Shown: piece after piece, positions 20,872 through 31,864 of the stretch
How the letters are laid out: every line of letters begins with the position of its first letter
Numbering within the stretch: position 1 is the stretch's first letter
Translations under genes and position numbers: made by a program
Notes under the pieces: generated by a model
Told to the model about the DNA's origin: nothing
Seen by the model: only the letters and a program-made list of their open reading frames with translations
The model's database searches: none
DNA from: Caedibacter taeniospiralis
GTDB lineage: Bacteria > Pseudomonadota > Gammaproteobacteria > Francisellales > Francisellaceae
Length of the DNA stretch: 32,000 bases
NCBI RefSeq assembly: GCF_002803295.2
Contig: NZ_PGGB02000001.1
Coordinates: forward strand, 42,289-74,288
Direction: 5' to 3'

Positions 20872-21260
20872 TCCAGTGCTCCCTTTTTCCACTCATAGAT
20901 AAATCCAATCAAGAGAATAAATAAGAAGATCATCATTGCAACAAATGCTGCCCACGAAATACCGCTGCCGCCACTATCGCGCACGAGCACGCCCCAGGGG
21001 ATCATAAAAGCCACCTCAAGATCAAAGACTAAAAACAAAATGGCGACTAGATAAAAACGCACATCAAACTTGATGCGCGCATCTTCAAACTCCGCAAAAC
21101 CACATTCAAATGGCGCATTTTTCTCAGGATTCGGTTTGTTCACTCCGACGATAATCGAAAGGATTTTGCCCCCAACCGCCATGGCTAATGCGATTACAAC
21201 TGCGACGATTAAAAAAACGAGAATCGGCAGAAACTGATGATACACACTATATTGCAACAT
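20862..21260 (-). CDS. nuoA: NADH-quinone oxidoreductase subunit A
   Basis: [46 protein letters not shown]. The track start at 21308 lies inside the tRNA-Leu gene; ATG at 21260 ([12 protein letters not shown]) is the likely start. Confidence 0.95.
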   Translation of the reverse strand: MLQYSVYHQFLPILVFLIVAVVIALAMAVGGKILSIIVGVNKPNPEKNAPFECGFAEFEDARIKFDVRFYLVAILFLVFDLEVAFMIPWGVLVRDSGGSGISWAAFVAMMIFLFILLIGFIYEWKKGALEWE

Positions 21261-21278
21261 GCTTAGATCCTTTATTTT

Positions 21279-21364
21279 TGGTGCCAAAGGCGGGACTCGA
21301 ACCCGCACGAGTGATACTCACCACCCCCTCAAGATGGCGTGTCTACCAATTCCACCACTTTGGC
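21279..21364 (-). tRNA. tRNA-Leu(GAG), CCA encoded
   Basis: GCCAAAG...CTTTGGC-A-CCA acceptor, anticodon loop TTGAGGG, long variable arm, GGTTCGAGTCC T-arm. Confidence 0.95.
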
Positions 21365-21377
21365 AAAATAAACTTTT

Positions 21378-21872
21378 TTATTTTGTTGACGCAGGCGCCA
21401 CTTCACCTTTATCAACCGCTGGCTTCTTCGTTTTATCTGCAGTAGCAGATTCTTTACCAGTTCGCTCTTTAGCCGCAGGTGCTTGCAGTAGCTGGCTCAT
21501 TGGCAATGTGCTTGTGCCACTTTCTGCTTTTTTATCTGTGGCTTTTGCTTGATCAATTAAAGCTTGTTGTGCTGCTTGCTGCTTTTGATAGTCGGCTTGT
21601 GATACACCGCTTGATGCTTGAGTCCCTGCGCCCTTGTTTGCATTTTGCTTGCCAATATAGCTCAAACTTATGCTTGTAACAAAGAAAACAGCGACCAAAA
21701 AAGCGGTAAATTTAAACATAAATGGCGCAGCTCCGCGGCTGCCAAAAACCGTCTGAGAAGCCCCTGATCCAAAAGATGCGCCCATCGTCGCGCCCTTGCC
21801 CTGTTGCAATAGAACTAATCCCACGATTAGTATTGCCACAACAATATGTACAGTTATCACTAACGCTAGCAT
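21378..21872 (-). CDS. secG: Preprotein translocase subunit SecG
   Basis: Start MLALVITVHIVVAILIVGLVLLQQGKGATMGASFGSGASQTVFGSRG; long low-complexity Ala/Gln/Lys tail. Confidence 0.95.
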   Translation of the reverse strand: MLALVITVHIVVAILIVGLVLLQQGKGATMGASFGSGASQTVFGSRGAAPFMFKFTAFLVAVFFVTSISLSYIGKQNANKGAGTQASSGVSQADYQKQQAAQQALIDQAKATDKKAESGTSTLPMSQLLQAPAAKERTGKESATADKTKKPAVDKGEVAPASTK

Positions 21873-21886
21873 TTTACTTGTTTTGC

Positions 21887-22053
21887 CTATTTTACCTGTT
21901 TAACACTTTCAGAGGTACTCACTGAAAGAGAAGCACCTCTTTAACCCCCATCCACATCAGCCAGGTTTAACAGCTTATTGGCATTGGACGGTTCAAGGCT
22001 GCCACCATATATAATTTTGACGTCTTTAGCAAGTGGTTCATGGAGGTTTAACA
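21887..22053 (-). pseudogene. tpiA: 3' remnant of tpiA (triosephosphate isomerase)
   Basis: Minus-strand AKDVKIIYGGSLEPSNANKLLNLADVDGG*RGASL matches the TpiA C-terminal pattern (YGGSV.P.NA..L....DIDGGLVGGASL), with an in-frame TAA at 21941-21943 and no catalytic core upstream. It sits next to secG. The 5' limit is approximate. Confidence 0.85.
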
Positions 22054-22189
22054 GTAAAAAAACGCACCTTGAACTCTGCTCAGACTGCTTCATAGAAGGT
22101 TTCTTGCAAAGGAGGAATGCTCCATAGTTAGCTTCAATATAAACCAATGAAGACCAAGAGATGATTTGAGGCGTTATAAGATGATTATT

Positions 22190-22272
22190 TGGTGCGGACG
22201 GGGAGACTCGAACTCCCACGGTTACCCGCTGGAACCTAAATCCAGTGCGTCTACCAATTTCGCCACGTCCGC
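22190..22272 (-). tRNA. tRNA-Leu(TAG), CCA encoded
   Basis: GCGGACG...CGTCCGC-A-CCA acceptor; anticodon stem/loop CTGGA-TTTAGGT-TCCAG. Confidence 0.95.
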
Positions 22273-22278
22273 AAAGAC

Positions 22279-22355
22279 TGGGGTGAACGATGGGACTTGA
22301 ACCCACGACAACCGGAATCACAATCCGGGGCTCTACCAACTGAGCTACGCCCACC
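22279..22355 (-). tRNA. tRNA-His(GTG), CCA encoded
   Basis: Extra 5' G opposite C73; GTGGGCG/CGTTCAC acceptor; anticodon loop ATTGTGA. Confidence 0.95.
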
Positions 22356-22360
22356 ATAAA
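22336..22360. repeat. Direct repeat copy 1 (inside/upstream of tRNA-His)
   Basis: CCAACTGAGCTACGCCCACCATAAA, identical to 22496-22520. Confidence 0.95.
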
Positions 22361-22495
22361 TTGTAATAAACAGCTCAGTTGCCAGAGCTGCTTTTTCTAA
22401 ACTCGGCTCCTGCCTCGCTAAGAAAACCGGTGCTGCGCTATCCGTGCTCCGCCCGTTCGGTCCAAAACTGTTTCACAGTTTTTAAACGACCTCAC

Positions 22496-22520
22496 CCAAC
22501 TGAGCTACGCCCACCATAAA
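22496..22520. repeat. Direct repeat copy 2, truncated tRNA-His 5' portion
   Basis: Identical 25-mer to 22336-22360; only the 5' acceptor strand and part of the D-arm are present. Confidence 0.95.
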
Positions 22521-22525
22521 CTTAA

Positions 22526-22602
22526 TGGTACGCCCGGCAGGATTCGAACCTGCTACCCTCGGCTTAGAAGGCCGATGCTCTATCCAGATGAGCTACGGGC
22601 GC
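22526..22602 (-). tRNA. tRNA-Arg(TCT), CCA encoded
   Basis: GCGCCCG...CGGGCGT-A-CCA acceptor; anticodon loop TTCTAAG. Confidence 0.95.
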
Positions 22603-22632
22603 ATTTTTTCTATCCGCCATTGATGGTAACCA

Positions 22633-22709
<77 letters not shown>

Positions 22710-22721
22710 AATATTCCACGA

Positions 22722-22797
<76 letters not shown>

Positions 22798-22995
22798 AAT
22801 GCCGCATATTAAATCGGATTTAGCAAACTCGGTCAAGCACTTTTTCAAAGAATTTGCCGCCACCCATAAACAGGTTGCAAACTAGACAGCGCAAGGTTTT
22901 GATTGCCTACCTAAGCACCAAATTTTTACCCCTTGGCTGCAAATTTTCGCTACAATAAACACCACCCAATTCCCTCACGTGAGAAGGCAGATTTT

Positions 22996-23490
22996 ATGTT
23001 ATCCATTATTGTTGCTTATGATCAGAATCAAGGCATCGGTATTAAAAACAGCTTACCGTGGAAACTCTCCGACGATTTAAAAAATTTCAAAAAGCTTACC
23101 GAAAACAACTACATCGTAATGGGTCGCAAAACCTTTGATTCAATTGGTCGAGCACTACCTAATCGCAAAAACATTATCCTCACTCGACAAAAAAACTACA
23201 GGCAAGATCGATGTGCCATCGTGCACGATATAGATCATATTCTTACTCTGGCAAAGGACAAGCCACACTATGAAATTTTTATTATCGGTGGAGCCGAAAT
23301 TTATCAGGCATTTCTGCCATTTATAGACCGTTTGTATATTACCAGAGTAAATACCACCAAAGCAGCAGATGCGTTCTTCCCAGACTGGGATAAGTGTCAA
23401 TTTAAGCGCATTGGCAATCGTCACTATACTAAAGATGAAAACAACGAATGTGATTTTGATTTTGAGATTTGGGAAAAGTCTAAGCTTTAA
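22996..23490 (+). CDS. folA: Dihydrofolate reductase
   Basis: MLSIIVAYDQNQGIGIKNSLPWKLSDDLKNFKKLT, VMGRKTFDSIG, IFIIGGAEIYQ. ATG at 22996; the track start at 22933 is an in-frame extension. Confidence 0.95.
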   Translation: MLSIIVAYDQNQGIGIKNSLPWKLSDDLKNFKKLTENNYIVMGRKTFDSIGRALPNRKNIILTRQKNYRQDRCAIVHDIDHILTLAKDKPHYEIFIIGGAEIYQAFLPFIDRLYITRVNTTKAADAFFPDWDKCQFKRIGNRHYTKDENNECDFDFEIWEKSKL

Positions 23491-26023
23491 GGTACTTTAA
23501 AAATCTATGTTCCAAAAGCTGCATCCTGCTCTGTTTGATGATGGCCTCATCGTTGTTATCTGTAATGTAGAAAGTATCTTCAACTGATGGACCTGATGTG
23601 TGTATGCGTGCACGGATGATATTCAGCTGGTTGAGTTCAAGAAAATAGCAAAGAGCCGCTAGCAATCCTGGGCGATCAGGGCATTTAACAATGATTTGAG
23701 TATAGTTTTTGTGGCGCGGGCTTAGCAGTTGAACACTATTTTTCATACGTTTAGGCATCATTTTATGATGAGCTGGCGTGGTGAATTTATGTTCCGCATC
23801 GGCTGTTTTACCCTGCATAAGTTCAGTTTGAAGATGCAGCTTTACCCAGTTCAACTTTTGCTCTGACTGCAACGCATTATGATTCACATCGGTGATGCTA
23901 AACTGATAGAGCATGATTCTTTGTGGCAAAATAAAGAAACTTGCATCGGTGATATTAATATCTGCCTTATACAAAACATAGCAAACTGATGACAGTTTGA
24001 CTGTCGCTAGTGGGGCGAAAATCAAAAGCTGCGATTGCTGTAAAATGTTATCAAAATAGACATAAATCTCGGGAGAGCGGATTTTTGATAGTGAAAGCTC
24101 CTGAAGTATAGCGCTTTGCCACGCCAAAGTAGAAAACGGCTGCTCACTAAAATAGCGCGCAGGCAGAGTCTGCCATAGGCTTAGGATTTCCGCGTGATCG
24201 GCATTGTCTAAAGTATCAAGGAGTCTTGTTTGTGTTTGCATCACTTGTTCCTTGATCGTAAGCTTATGCGATTGCACTAGGTAGCCTGACGTGTGCTTGT
24301 ATAAATTCTCAAACATCGTTTGTTGCCAAGGCGTCCAAAGTTTTGGATTAGTTCCTTTAATATCCGCGATCGTCAATAAAAACAAACTATCTAAATAGTA
24401 CTGGCTTTGACAAAATTCGGTCAATTGGCGAACGACAGTCACATCGTAGATGTCTTCTTTTTTGATAGTACGTGAGAAAGCAAGATGATGTTTTACCAGC
24501 CAGGTTAATAGATGTATTTCATCCTGTTTTAGGCTCCAGATTTCAGCATATTTCTGCACGACACGCGCACCAAACTTACAATGATCAACACCAGAACCTT
24601 TGCCAATGTCATGGAAGAAGGCGGCAATATACAGCAATTTTTTAGCAGGATGAGCCTGCATGATAGATGCAGCAAGCGAAAATTCTGATTTAAAGGCTTC
24701 AGACTGCATGTAATAGAGGGTGTCGATGACCTTAATTGTGTGACGATCAACAGTATATTGATGATACAGGTCAAATTGCATTTGACCTTTGCTACGCGTA
24801 AATTCAGGAATGATCTTCTCAATTAATCCAAGATCCATCATGATACTAAGAGCACCCCTTATATTGTAAGCCTGGGAAAAGAGGGATAAAAACTGCAACT
24901 GTATTTCATTGTGTAACAAGAAGTTTTTTTTCCCCAGATTGCTAAGCAGTGCCGTGCTATTGCGTAGAATATTGGCACTTAAGGTGTTGGCTTTATCAGA
25001 TTGGCAGAAACGGATAAATGGAGTAACCAGTTGATTAAGTTTTTGTGGATAGTTAGCTAAGCGATGATTAAGAACTCCACTGCAGATACTGAAATCAGAA
25101 TCAATGCTTAGGGTGGGTTTTAGAGCGTATCGCGAGAGCAACTCATGAAAAATAATGCGGTTTATTAATTTAACGTGGCGGATGCTGTTATAGTAATTTT
25201 GCATAAACAACTCGATACTCTTATTATTTTTTTTGTGCCAAAAACCAAAAAAATGGGCAAGTGTCAGTTGTTTATCAACTAACAGGGCATTTTGTTCGCG
25301 TTGATAAAGAATATGCAGGTAAAAACGGATCGCTGATAATAGACGATGAGCTTTACCCAAACTCTCAAACTCATGTTGTGTAATATATTGGTGCTTCACG
25401 AGGTAGCTTGGGTGAACGTTGGGGTGCAGGTAAATCAAAAGCCAATGGATGCTTTGTAAGTAGCGCAGGTTACCGACGGTATTTTTTAGATCAGGCTGCT
25501 GATTGATGGGGAATCTCTCATCGCGACCTAGCTGTTCCGAATATTTAGCCAATATGAAGGTTTCAATGCTAGGCAGGGTGGTTTTGTTCTTAACAAGCTC
25601 CTTAAACTCCTCAAATAAGCTGATATTGCCACAGACTAAACGCGCATCTAAAATTGCAGTTAATAGATTTAAATCGCTTTGCGCATGCTCAAAGATGCTC
25701 AAAAGCGTGTGCGCCACGTAACCCACTTTAAGCGGTAAAGTTTGTAGTTCCTGAATGAATTTGGATAACTCTGGGTGTGTAAGCTCGCGCTCAGATCGCG
25801 CTAAAAATACCAGATCAAGATCGGAGTACAACGCGCGATCCTGGCGTCCGTACCCGCCAACGGCAACAAGGCTTATGTTCACAAGCGTTTTAGGAAAATA
25901 CTGGCATAGCAGACGATCTATATATTTGCTATACATCAATAAGATCTTGTAAATAGAATGTTTCCTTTTCAGGAAAAGCGTTGAGACTTCTTCCATGATT
26001 TGTTGACATTGTTGCTTTAGCAT
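23480..26023 (-). CDS. glnD: Bifunctional uridylyltransferase/uridylyl-removing enzyme GlnD
   Basis: Nucleotidyltransferase motif VAVGGYGRQDRALYSDLDLVFL, HD motif AAFFHDIGKGSGVDHCKFGA, C-terminal ACT domain (IIVKCPDRPGLLAALCYFLE, FYITD). Confidence 0.93.
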   Translation of the reverse strand: MLKQQCQQIMEEVSTLFLKRKHSIYKILLMYSKYIDRLLCQYFPKTLVNISLVAVGGYGRQDRALYSDLDLVFLARSERELTHPELSKFIQELQTLPLKVGYVAHTLLSIFEHAQSDLNLLTAILDARLVCGNISLFEEFKELVKNKTTLPSIETFILAKYSEQLGRDERFPINQQPDLKNTVGNLRYLQSIHWLLIYLHPNVHPSYLVKHQYITQHEFESLGKAHRLLSAIRFYLHILYQREQNALLVDKQLTLAHFFGFWHKKNNKSIELFMQNYYNSIRHVKLINRIIFHELLSRYALKPTLSIDSDFSICSGVLNHRLANYPQKLNQLVTPFIRFCQSDKANTLSANILRNSTALLSNLGKKNFLLHNEIQLQFLSLFSQAYNIRGALSIMMDLGLIEKIIPEFTRSKGQMQFDLYHQYTVDRHTIKVIDTLYYMQSEAFKSEFSLAASIMQAHPAKKLLYIAAFFHDIGKGSGVDHCKFGARVVQKYAEIWSLKQDEIHLLTWLVKHHLAFSRTIKKEDIYDVTVVRQLTEFCQSQYYLDSLFLLTIADIKGTNPKLWTPWQQTMFENLYKHTSGYLVQSHKLTIKEQVMQTQTRLLDTLDNADHAEILSLWQTLPARYFSEQPFSTLAWQSAILQELSLSKIRSPEIYVYFDNILQQSQLLIFAPLATVKLSSVCYVLYKADINITDASFFILPQRIMLYQFSITDVNHNALQSEQKLNWVKLHLQTELMQGKTADAEHKFTTPAHHKMMPKRMKNSVQLLSPRHKNYTQIIVKCPDRPGLLAALCYFLELNQLNIIRARIHTSGPSVEDTFYITDNNDEAIIKQSRMQLLEHRFLKYLKA

Positions 26024-26049
26024 CGCCCCCCCTAACAGATATGTCCCGC

Positions 26050-26616
26050 TTATGTTCTAGGTAACGTCACCCCTGTCTGCCCTTGATATTTGCCTCCACG
26101 ATCTTTGTAAGAAGTCTCGCAAATCTCATCAGACTGGTAGAACAGCATTTGCGCAACACCTTCATTGGCATAAATCTTGGCTGGTAACGGCGTAGTGTTG
26201 GAAAATTCAAGCGTCACATGCCCCTCCCATTCAGGCTCAAGTGGAGTCACGTTCACAATAATGCCACAACGTGCGTAAGTTGATTTGCCTAAACACACCA
26301 CTAAAGTATCTCGTGGAATCTTAAAATATTCCACCGTACGTGCCAGGGCAAAGGAGTTCGGCGGGATAATGCAAACGTCTCCGACAAAATCAACAAAGTT
26401 ATTGTGATCAAAGTCCTTAGGATCAACAATCGTTGAATTAATATTGGTAAAAATTTTAAATTCATTGGCACAACGCACATCATAACCATAACTAGAAGTT
26501 CCAAATGAGACGATCTTGCCATGCTCATTACACCGTGCTTGCCCCGCCTCAAATGGTGAAATCATCTCATGTTCTTTTGCCATTCTACGAATCCACTTAT
26601 CTGATTTTATTGACAC
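26050..26616 (-). CDS. dcd: dCTP deaminase
   Basis: [102 protein letters not shown]. Confidence 0.97.
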   Translation of the reverse strand: MSIKSDKWIRRMAKEHEMISPFEAGQARCNEHGKIVSFGTSSYGYDVRCANEFKIFTNINSTIVDPKDFDHNNFVDFVGDVCIIPPNSFALARTVEYFKIPRDTLVVCLGKSTYARCGIIVNVTPLEPEWEGHVTLEFSNTTPLPAKIYANEGVAQMLFYQSDEICETSYKDRGGKYQGQTGVTLPRT

Positions 26617-26680
26617 GTTTTTCTCCTTAATTCTACGTTTAACTACTATTTATCGGCTTTGACCATATTTCCAGCCACAA

Positions 26681-26699
26681 GGGCGTATGCAATACGCCC
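26681..26699. terminator. Hairpin between dcd and grxB, terminator or dispersed repeat
   Basis: GGGCGTAT-GCA-ATACGCCC, perfect 8-bp stem. Confidence 0.45.
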
Positions 26700-26781
26700 C
26701 TACATTTATTCAAATGAAAATTGTCAGAAATTCGGTCAAATTCTATGTTGCCTTGAAGTTACGGAGGCTGACAATTTACAG

Positions 26782-27432
26782 CTATTCATACAATTTAACG
26801 CCTGAGAGTGTGGAGAGTTTCTTGGTATAATCCAGTAGTTTTGCAGGGATGCTCACTGAATCGCCAATAATGGTTAAATTACGTAAAATGGGGAAAACCA
26901 TAATATCATCCCAAGAAAACTTGTCACTACTTGCAAACTCAAAGGTCATGAGTCGATTAAGCTCAAACAAAACGAGCTCTGTTTTTTCGATAGCCGCCTC
27001 AGGGAAACGCAGATTCGCTTTAAAGCAACCGATATATTTTTCCTTTTTATGCTCAAAGTAATCTTTGGCACTTTGAGTAGGAAAATCCTGGTGATTTTGT
27101 GGATGATCAAGAAATCGTGGATAGACCAGCGATTTGCTGGCACCACTTAGGTCATTAGCCAGAGTCAGCAGTGCTTTCGTGGTGGTTATCTCAGTACTTA
27201 GGGCTGGCTTTTGATCGAAAGTATTTAGATATTGGCAGATATCCAGGCTTTCAAGTAAGAAACTACCATCCTTTTTCTGTAAAAATGGCACTTGTTTCTT
27301 ACCGATTAAATCTAAATGGGATTTCTCATCGTCATTGGCAAGGTATACAAGTTCCAGCGGGATTTTTTTTATCCCTGCAATGATCCGTGGACGAATACAA
27401 AACGGGCAGTGTTCATAGATATAGAGTTTCAT
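26782..27432 (-). CDS. grxB: Glutaredoxin 2
   Basis: MKLYIYEHCPFCIRPRIIAGIKKIPLELVYLANDD, GKKQVPFLQKKDGSFLLESLDICQYLN. Confidence 0.93.
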   Translation of the reverse strand: MKLYIYEHCPFCIRPRIIAGIKKIPLELVYLANDDEKSHLDLIGKKQVPFLQKKDGSFLLESLDICQYLNTFDQKPALSTEITTTKALLTLANDLSGASKSLVYPRFLDHPQNHQDFPTQSAKDYFEHKKEKYIGCFKANLRFPEAAIEKTELVLFELNRLMTFEFASSDKFSWDDIMVFPILRNLTIIGDSVSIPAKLLDYTKKLSTLSGVKLYE

Positions 27433-27573
27433 TGAGGTTTTTTGTCATCGCTTAAACGGGGGTGATTTATTGTCTATAAATTTCCTTTAAATCGCAACGC
27501 TGAGCATAAGCTAAATTTTCTCTTGCCTGTTTTCGGACATGCTGCCGGTGATGATGAAACTGCCGATAAACAA

Positions 27574-28263
27574 TCAAGAACGTTTCTTAGCAAGTGCGTT
27601 ATTTGATTTTTCAAGTTGATTGCGATAATACTCCAGACTTTGTTCAGATTCACGCTTAAGCTGGCGAATTTGTCCGTTTAAGAAGGCGATCTGACCTTCA
27701 AGCGAATCGCGTAGGTCTGAAATGCGCTGCGTGGTCTGCTCTTTTAGTGTATCAGCGTAAATACGTGCTTCTTTGGCAACTTGTTCTGCTGATTCGCGGC
27801 GCGTCTGCTCTTTCACTAAAGCAGCATACAACTTACGAACCTTGAGCTCTGGATTACTCTCATTAAGGATCATGCTCCACTCGTCAGACATGCTATTTAA
27901 AATATCACTGCTTAAAGCATGTGAGCTGGCAATAAGTGCTTGAATCATTGGGTCCGCTGCCTTTACGCCAGGTTTTACTGATGCCAGCGTTTCATTTCTT
28001 GATGTTTTTGGGTCTGAATTACTGGGAGTGGATATCACTTCTATTTCTACTGTTTGAATTTGTTTTGCTGTGTCACTCGCCTTTGATGGAGGTTCATCAC
28101 TGTTTTGTTCATCTCGCCATTGCTTTAGAAATCTGCTAATGGTAGTCGGACTACCCCGTCCAATGGTGTCGCGAACATTGTTAATACCCGGGGTATGTCC
28201 CTGAGATTCAAGTATAGCGATTGCGTTGATTATATCTTCGTAGCAGATGCCTGGGCGAGCCAT
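27574..28263 (-). CDS. KfrA N-terminal-domain DNA-binding protein with coiled-coil C-terminus
   Basis: ILESQGHTPGINNVRDTIGRGSPTTISRFLKQWRDE resembles the KfrA_N helix-turn-helix, followed by an Arg/Glu/Gln-rich coiled coil. Confidence 0.8.
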   Translation of the reverse strand: MARPGICYEDIINAIAILESQGHTPGINNVRDTIGRGSPTTISRFLKQWRDEQNSDEPPSKASDTAKQIQTVEIEVISTPSNSDPKTSRNETLASVKPGVKAADPMIQALIASSHALSSDILNSMSDEWSMILNESNPELKVRKLYAALVKEQTRRESAEQVAKEARIYADTLKEQTTQRISDLRDSLEGQIAFLNGQIRQLKRESEQSLEYYRNQLEKSNNALAKKRS

Positions 28264-28466
28264 GGTTTGTGTGTCCTTTGAGTAATTGATTTAACAGAGG
28301 TTAAAGCGGTGGATTTAAAATCCGTGGGAATTATAACAAGATATTCAATAGCGTCAAACATAGATATGCGTCAAGCACATATTTTGTTATGATGAGGCGC
28401 AAATTTACTAGCATCTATACCCATCGTAAATCATTTTGCGGTATTTATGGGAAAGCAGTTTGTGAG

Positions 28467-30857
<2,391 letters not shown>

Positions 30858-30877
30858 TAGCACAAGCTATAAGTTGC

Positions 30878-30910
30878 AAGAAAATCACGAAATAGGCTTG
30901 TGATTTTCTT
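30878..30910 (+). terminator. Rho-independent-like terminator of icd
   Basis: AAGAAAATCAC ... GTGATTTTCTT, 11-bp perfect stem directly downstream of the icd stop. Confidence 0.65.
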
Positions 30911-30925
30911 TAAACGAATTATAAT
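30898..30925 (+). promoter_or_regulatory. Likely promoter of tRNA-Val
   Basis: TTGTGA - 16 nt - TATAAT (30920-30925), 11 nt before the tRNA 5' end. Confidence 0.6.
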
Positions 30926-30936
30926 CCCCGCTCGTT

Positions 30937-31014
30937 GGTCGCTTAGCTCAGTCTGGTTAGAGTACTACCTTGACATGGTAGGGGTCACTGGTTCGAGTCC
31001 AGTAGCGACCACCA
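30937..31014 (+). tRNA. tRNA-Val(GAC), CCA encoded
   Basis: GGTCGCT...AGCGACC-A-CCA acceptor; anticodon stem/loop CTACC-TTGACAT-GGTAG. Confidence 0.95.
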
Positions 31015-31162
31015 CCCTTCTTATTTTCATTGAATCTTTCCTCCGACTGTCATCAACGATAAACGCAGTTATTCTTGAGTTGCGAACATTTGCCACTAAC
31101 TGTCTGGTTTGTGACGAAGATATTAGATAATATCATCACTGATGACAACACAGCGAAAAATT

Positions 31163-31864
31163 ATGACAAACATCCTAGTAGTAGACGATGAACCTCCGAT
31201 ACGACAGTTATTGCGCTTGGTGTTGACGAGGCAGGGTTATCAAGTTGAAATTGCAGATTGCAGTGCTCAAGCATTCAGAATATTACAGAACAATTCATCT
31301 ATTGATCTTGTGCTTCTGGATTGGATGCTGCCTGATACTAGCGGCATTAAGCTATTGACTCAATTGCGAAGTTCTGAAGAGTTTGCTGAGTTACCTGTCA
31401 TTATGCTCACCGCTAAAGCAGAGGAAAGTAATGTGCTTCGGGGCTTTGGCATGGGAGCTGATGACTATATAACCAAACCTTTTTCGCCCAAAGAGCTGGT
31501 TATGCGTGTTCAGTCATTACTTAAACGTGTCAAACCCAAAGGCAAAGCAGAGAAAAAGCTGTGTTTTTATGAGCTATGTGTGAATTTAGAAAGTCATGAG
31601 CTCTGTATTAAAGACCAAGTAATTAAGTGTGGCAGACTCGAGTTTAAGCTTTTGGCATATTTGATCCAAAACATAGGAAAAACACTTTCAAGAGACCATA
31701 TTTTAATGCAGGTATGGCAAGCGGATAAGGATATTACAGCACGTACCGTTGATGTTCATATCACCAGAATCAGGAAGCTGCTTGCTCCTTTTGCTTACGA
31801 TCAATGTATCCGATCAGTCAGGGGGGAGGGCTATCAGTTGGTTGATAGGGAGCCAGTATGTTAG
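31163..31864 (+). CDS. phoB: OmpR/PhoB-family response regulator, likely PhoB
   Basis: ILVVDDEPPIRQLLRLVLTRQGY, receiver Asp in DLVLLDWMLPDTSG, LTAKAEESNVLRGFGMGADDYITKPFSPKEL, winged helix RTVDVHITRIRKLL..IRSVRGEGYQL. Start could also be 31142. Confidence 0.85.
   Translation: MTNILVVDDEPPIRQLLRLVLTRQGYQVEIADCSAQAFRILQNNSSIDLVLLDWMLPDTSGIKLLTQLRSSEEFAELPVIMLTAKAEESNVLRGFGMGADDYITKPFSPKELVMRVQSLLKRVKPKGKAEKKLCFYELCVNLESHELCIKDQVIKCGRLEFKLLAYLIQNIGKTLSRDHILMQVWQADKDITARTVDVHITRIRKLLAPFAYDQCIRSVRGEGYQLVDREPVC

Noticed and set aside
6668-20898. Small plus-strand ORFs across the nuo operon
   Set aside because: All are antisense to highly conserved Nuo subunits and show no independent protein signature.
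21188-21552. ORFs 21188-21445 and 21259-21552 ([23 protein letters not shown])
   Set aside because: Translate through antisense tRNA-Leu(GAG); same annotation artefact.
21378-21872. Unusual Ala/Gln/Lys-rich C-terminal tail of SecG as a possible novel domain
   Set aside because: Low-complexity extended tails are common in SecG proteins; nothing specific supports a new domain.
21941-22357. 138-aa ORF MVGVAQLVEPRIVIPVVVGSSPIVHPSLCGRGEIGRRTGF...
   Set aside because: The N-terminal two-thirds reads through tRNA-His and tRNA-Leu; only the last ~29 residues are meaningful, as the tpiA remnant.
22496-22520. Possible second tRNA-His gene
   Set aside because: Only the 5' acceptor strand and part of the D-arm are present; no anticodon arm, T-arm or 3' acceptor follows, so it is a fragment, not a gene.
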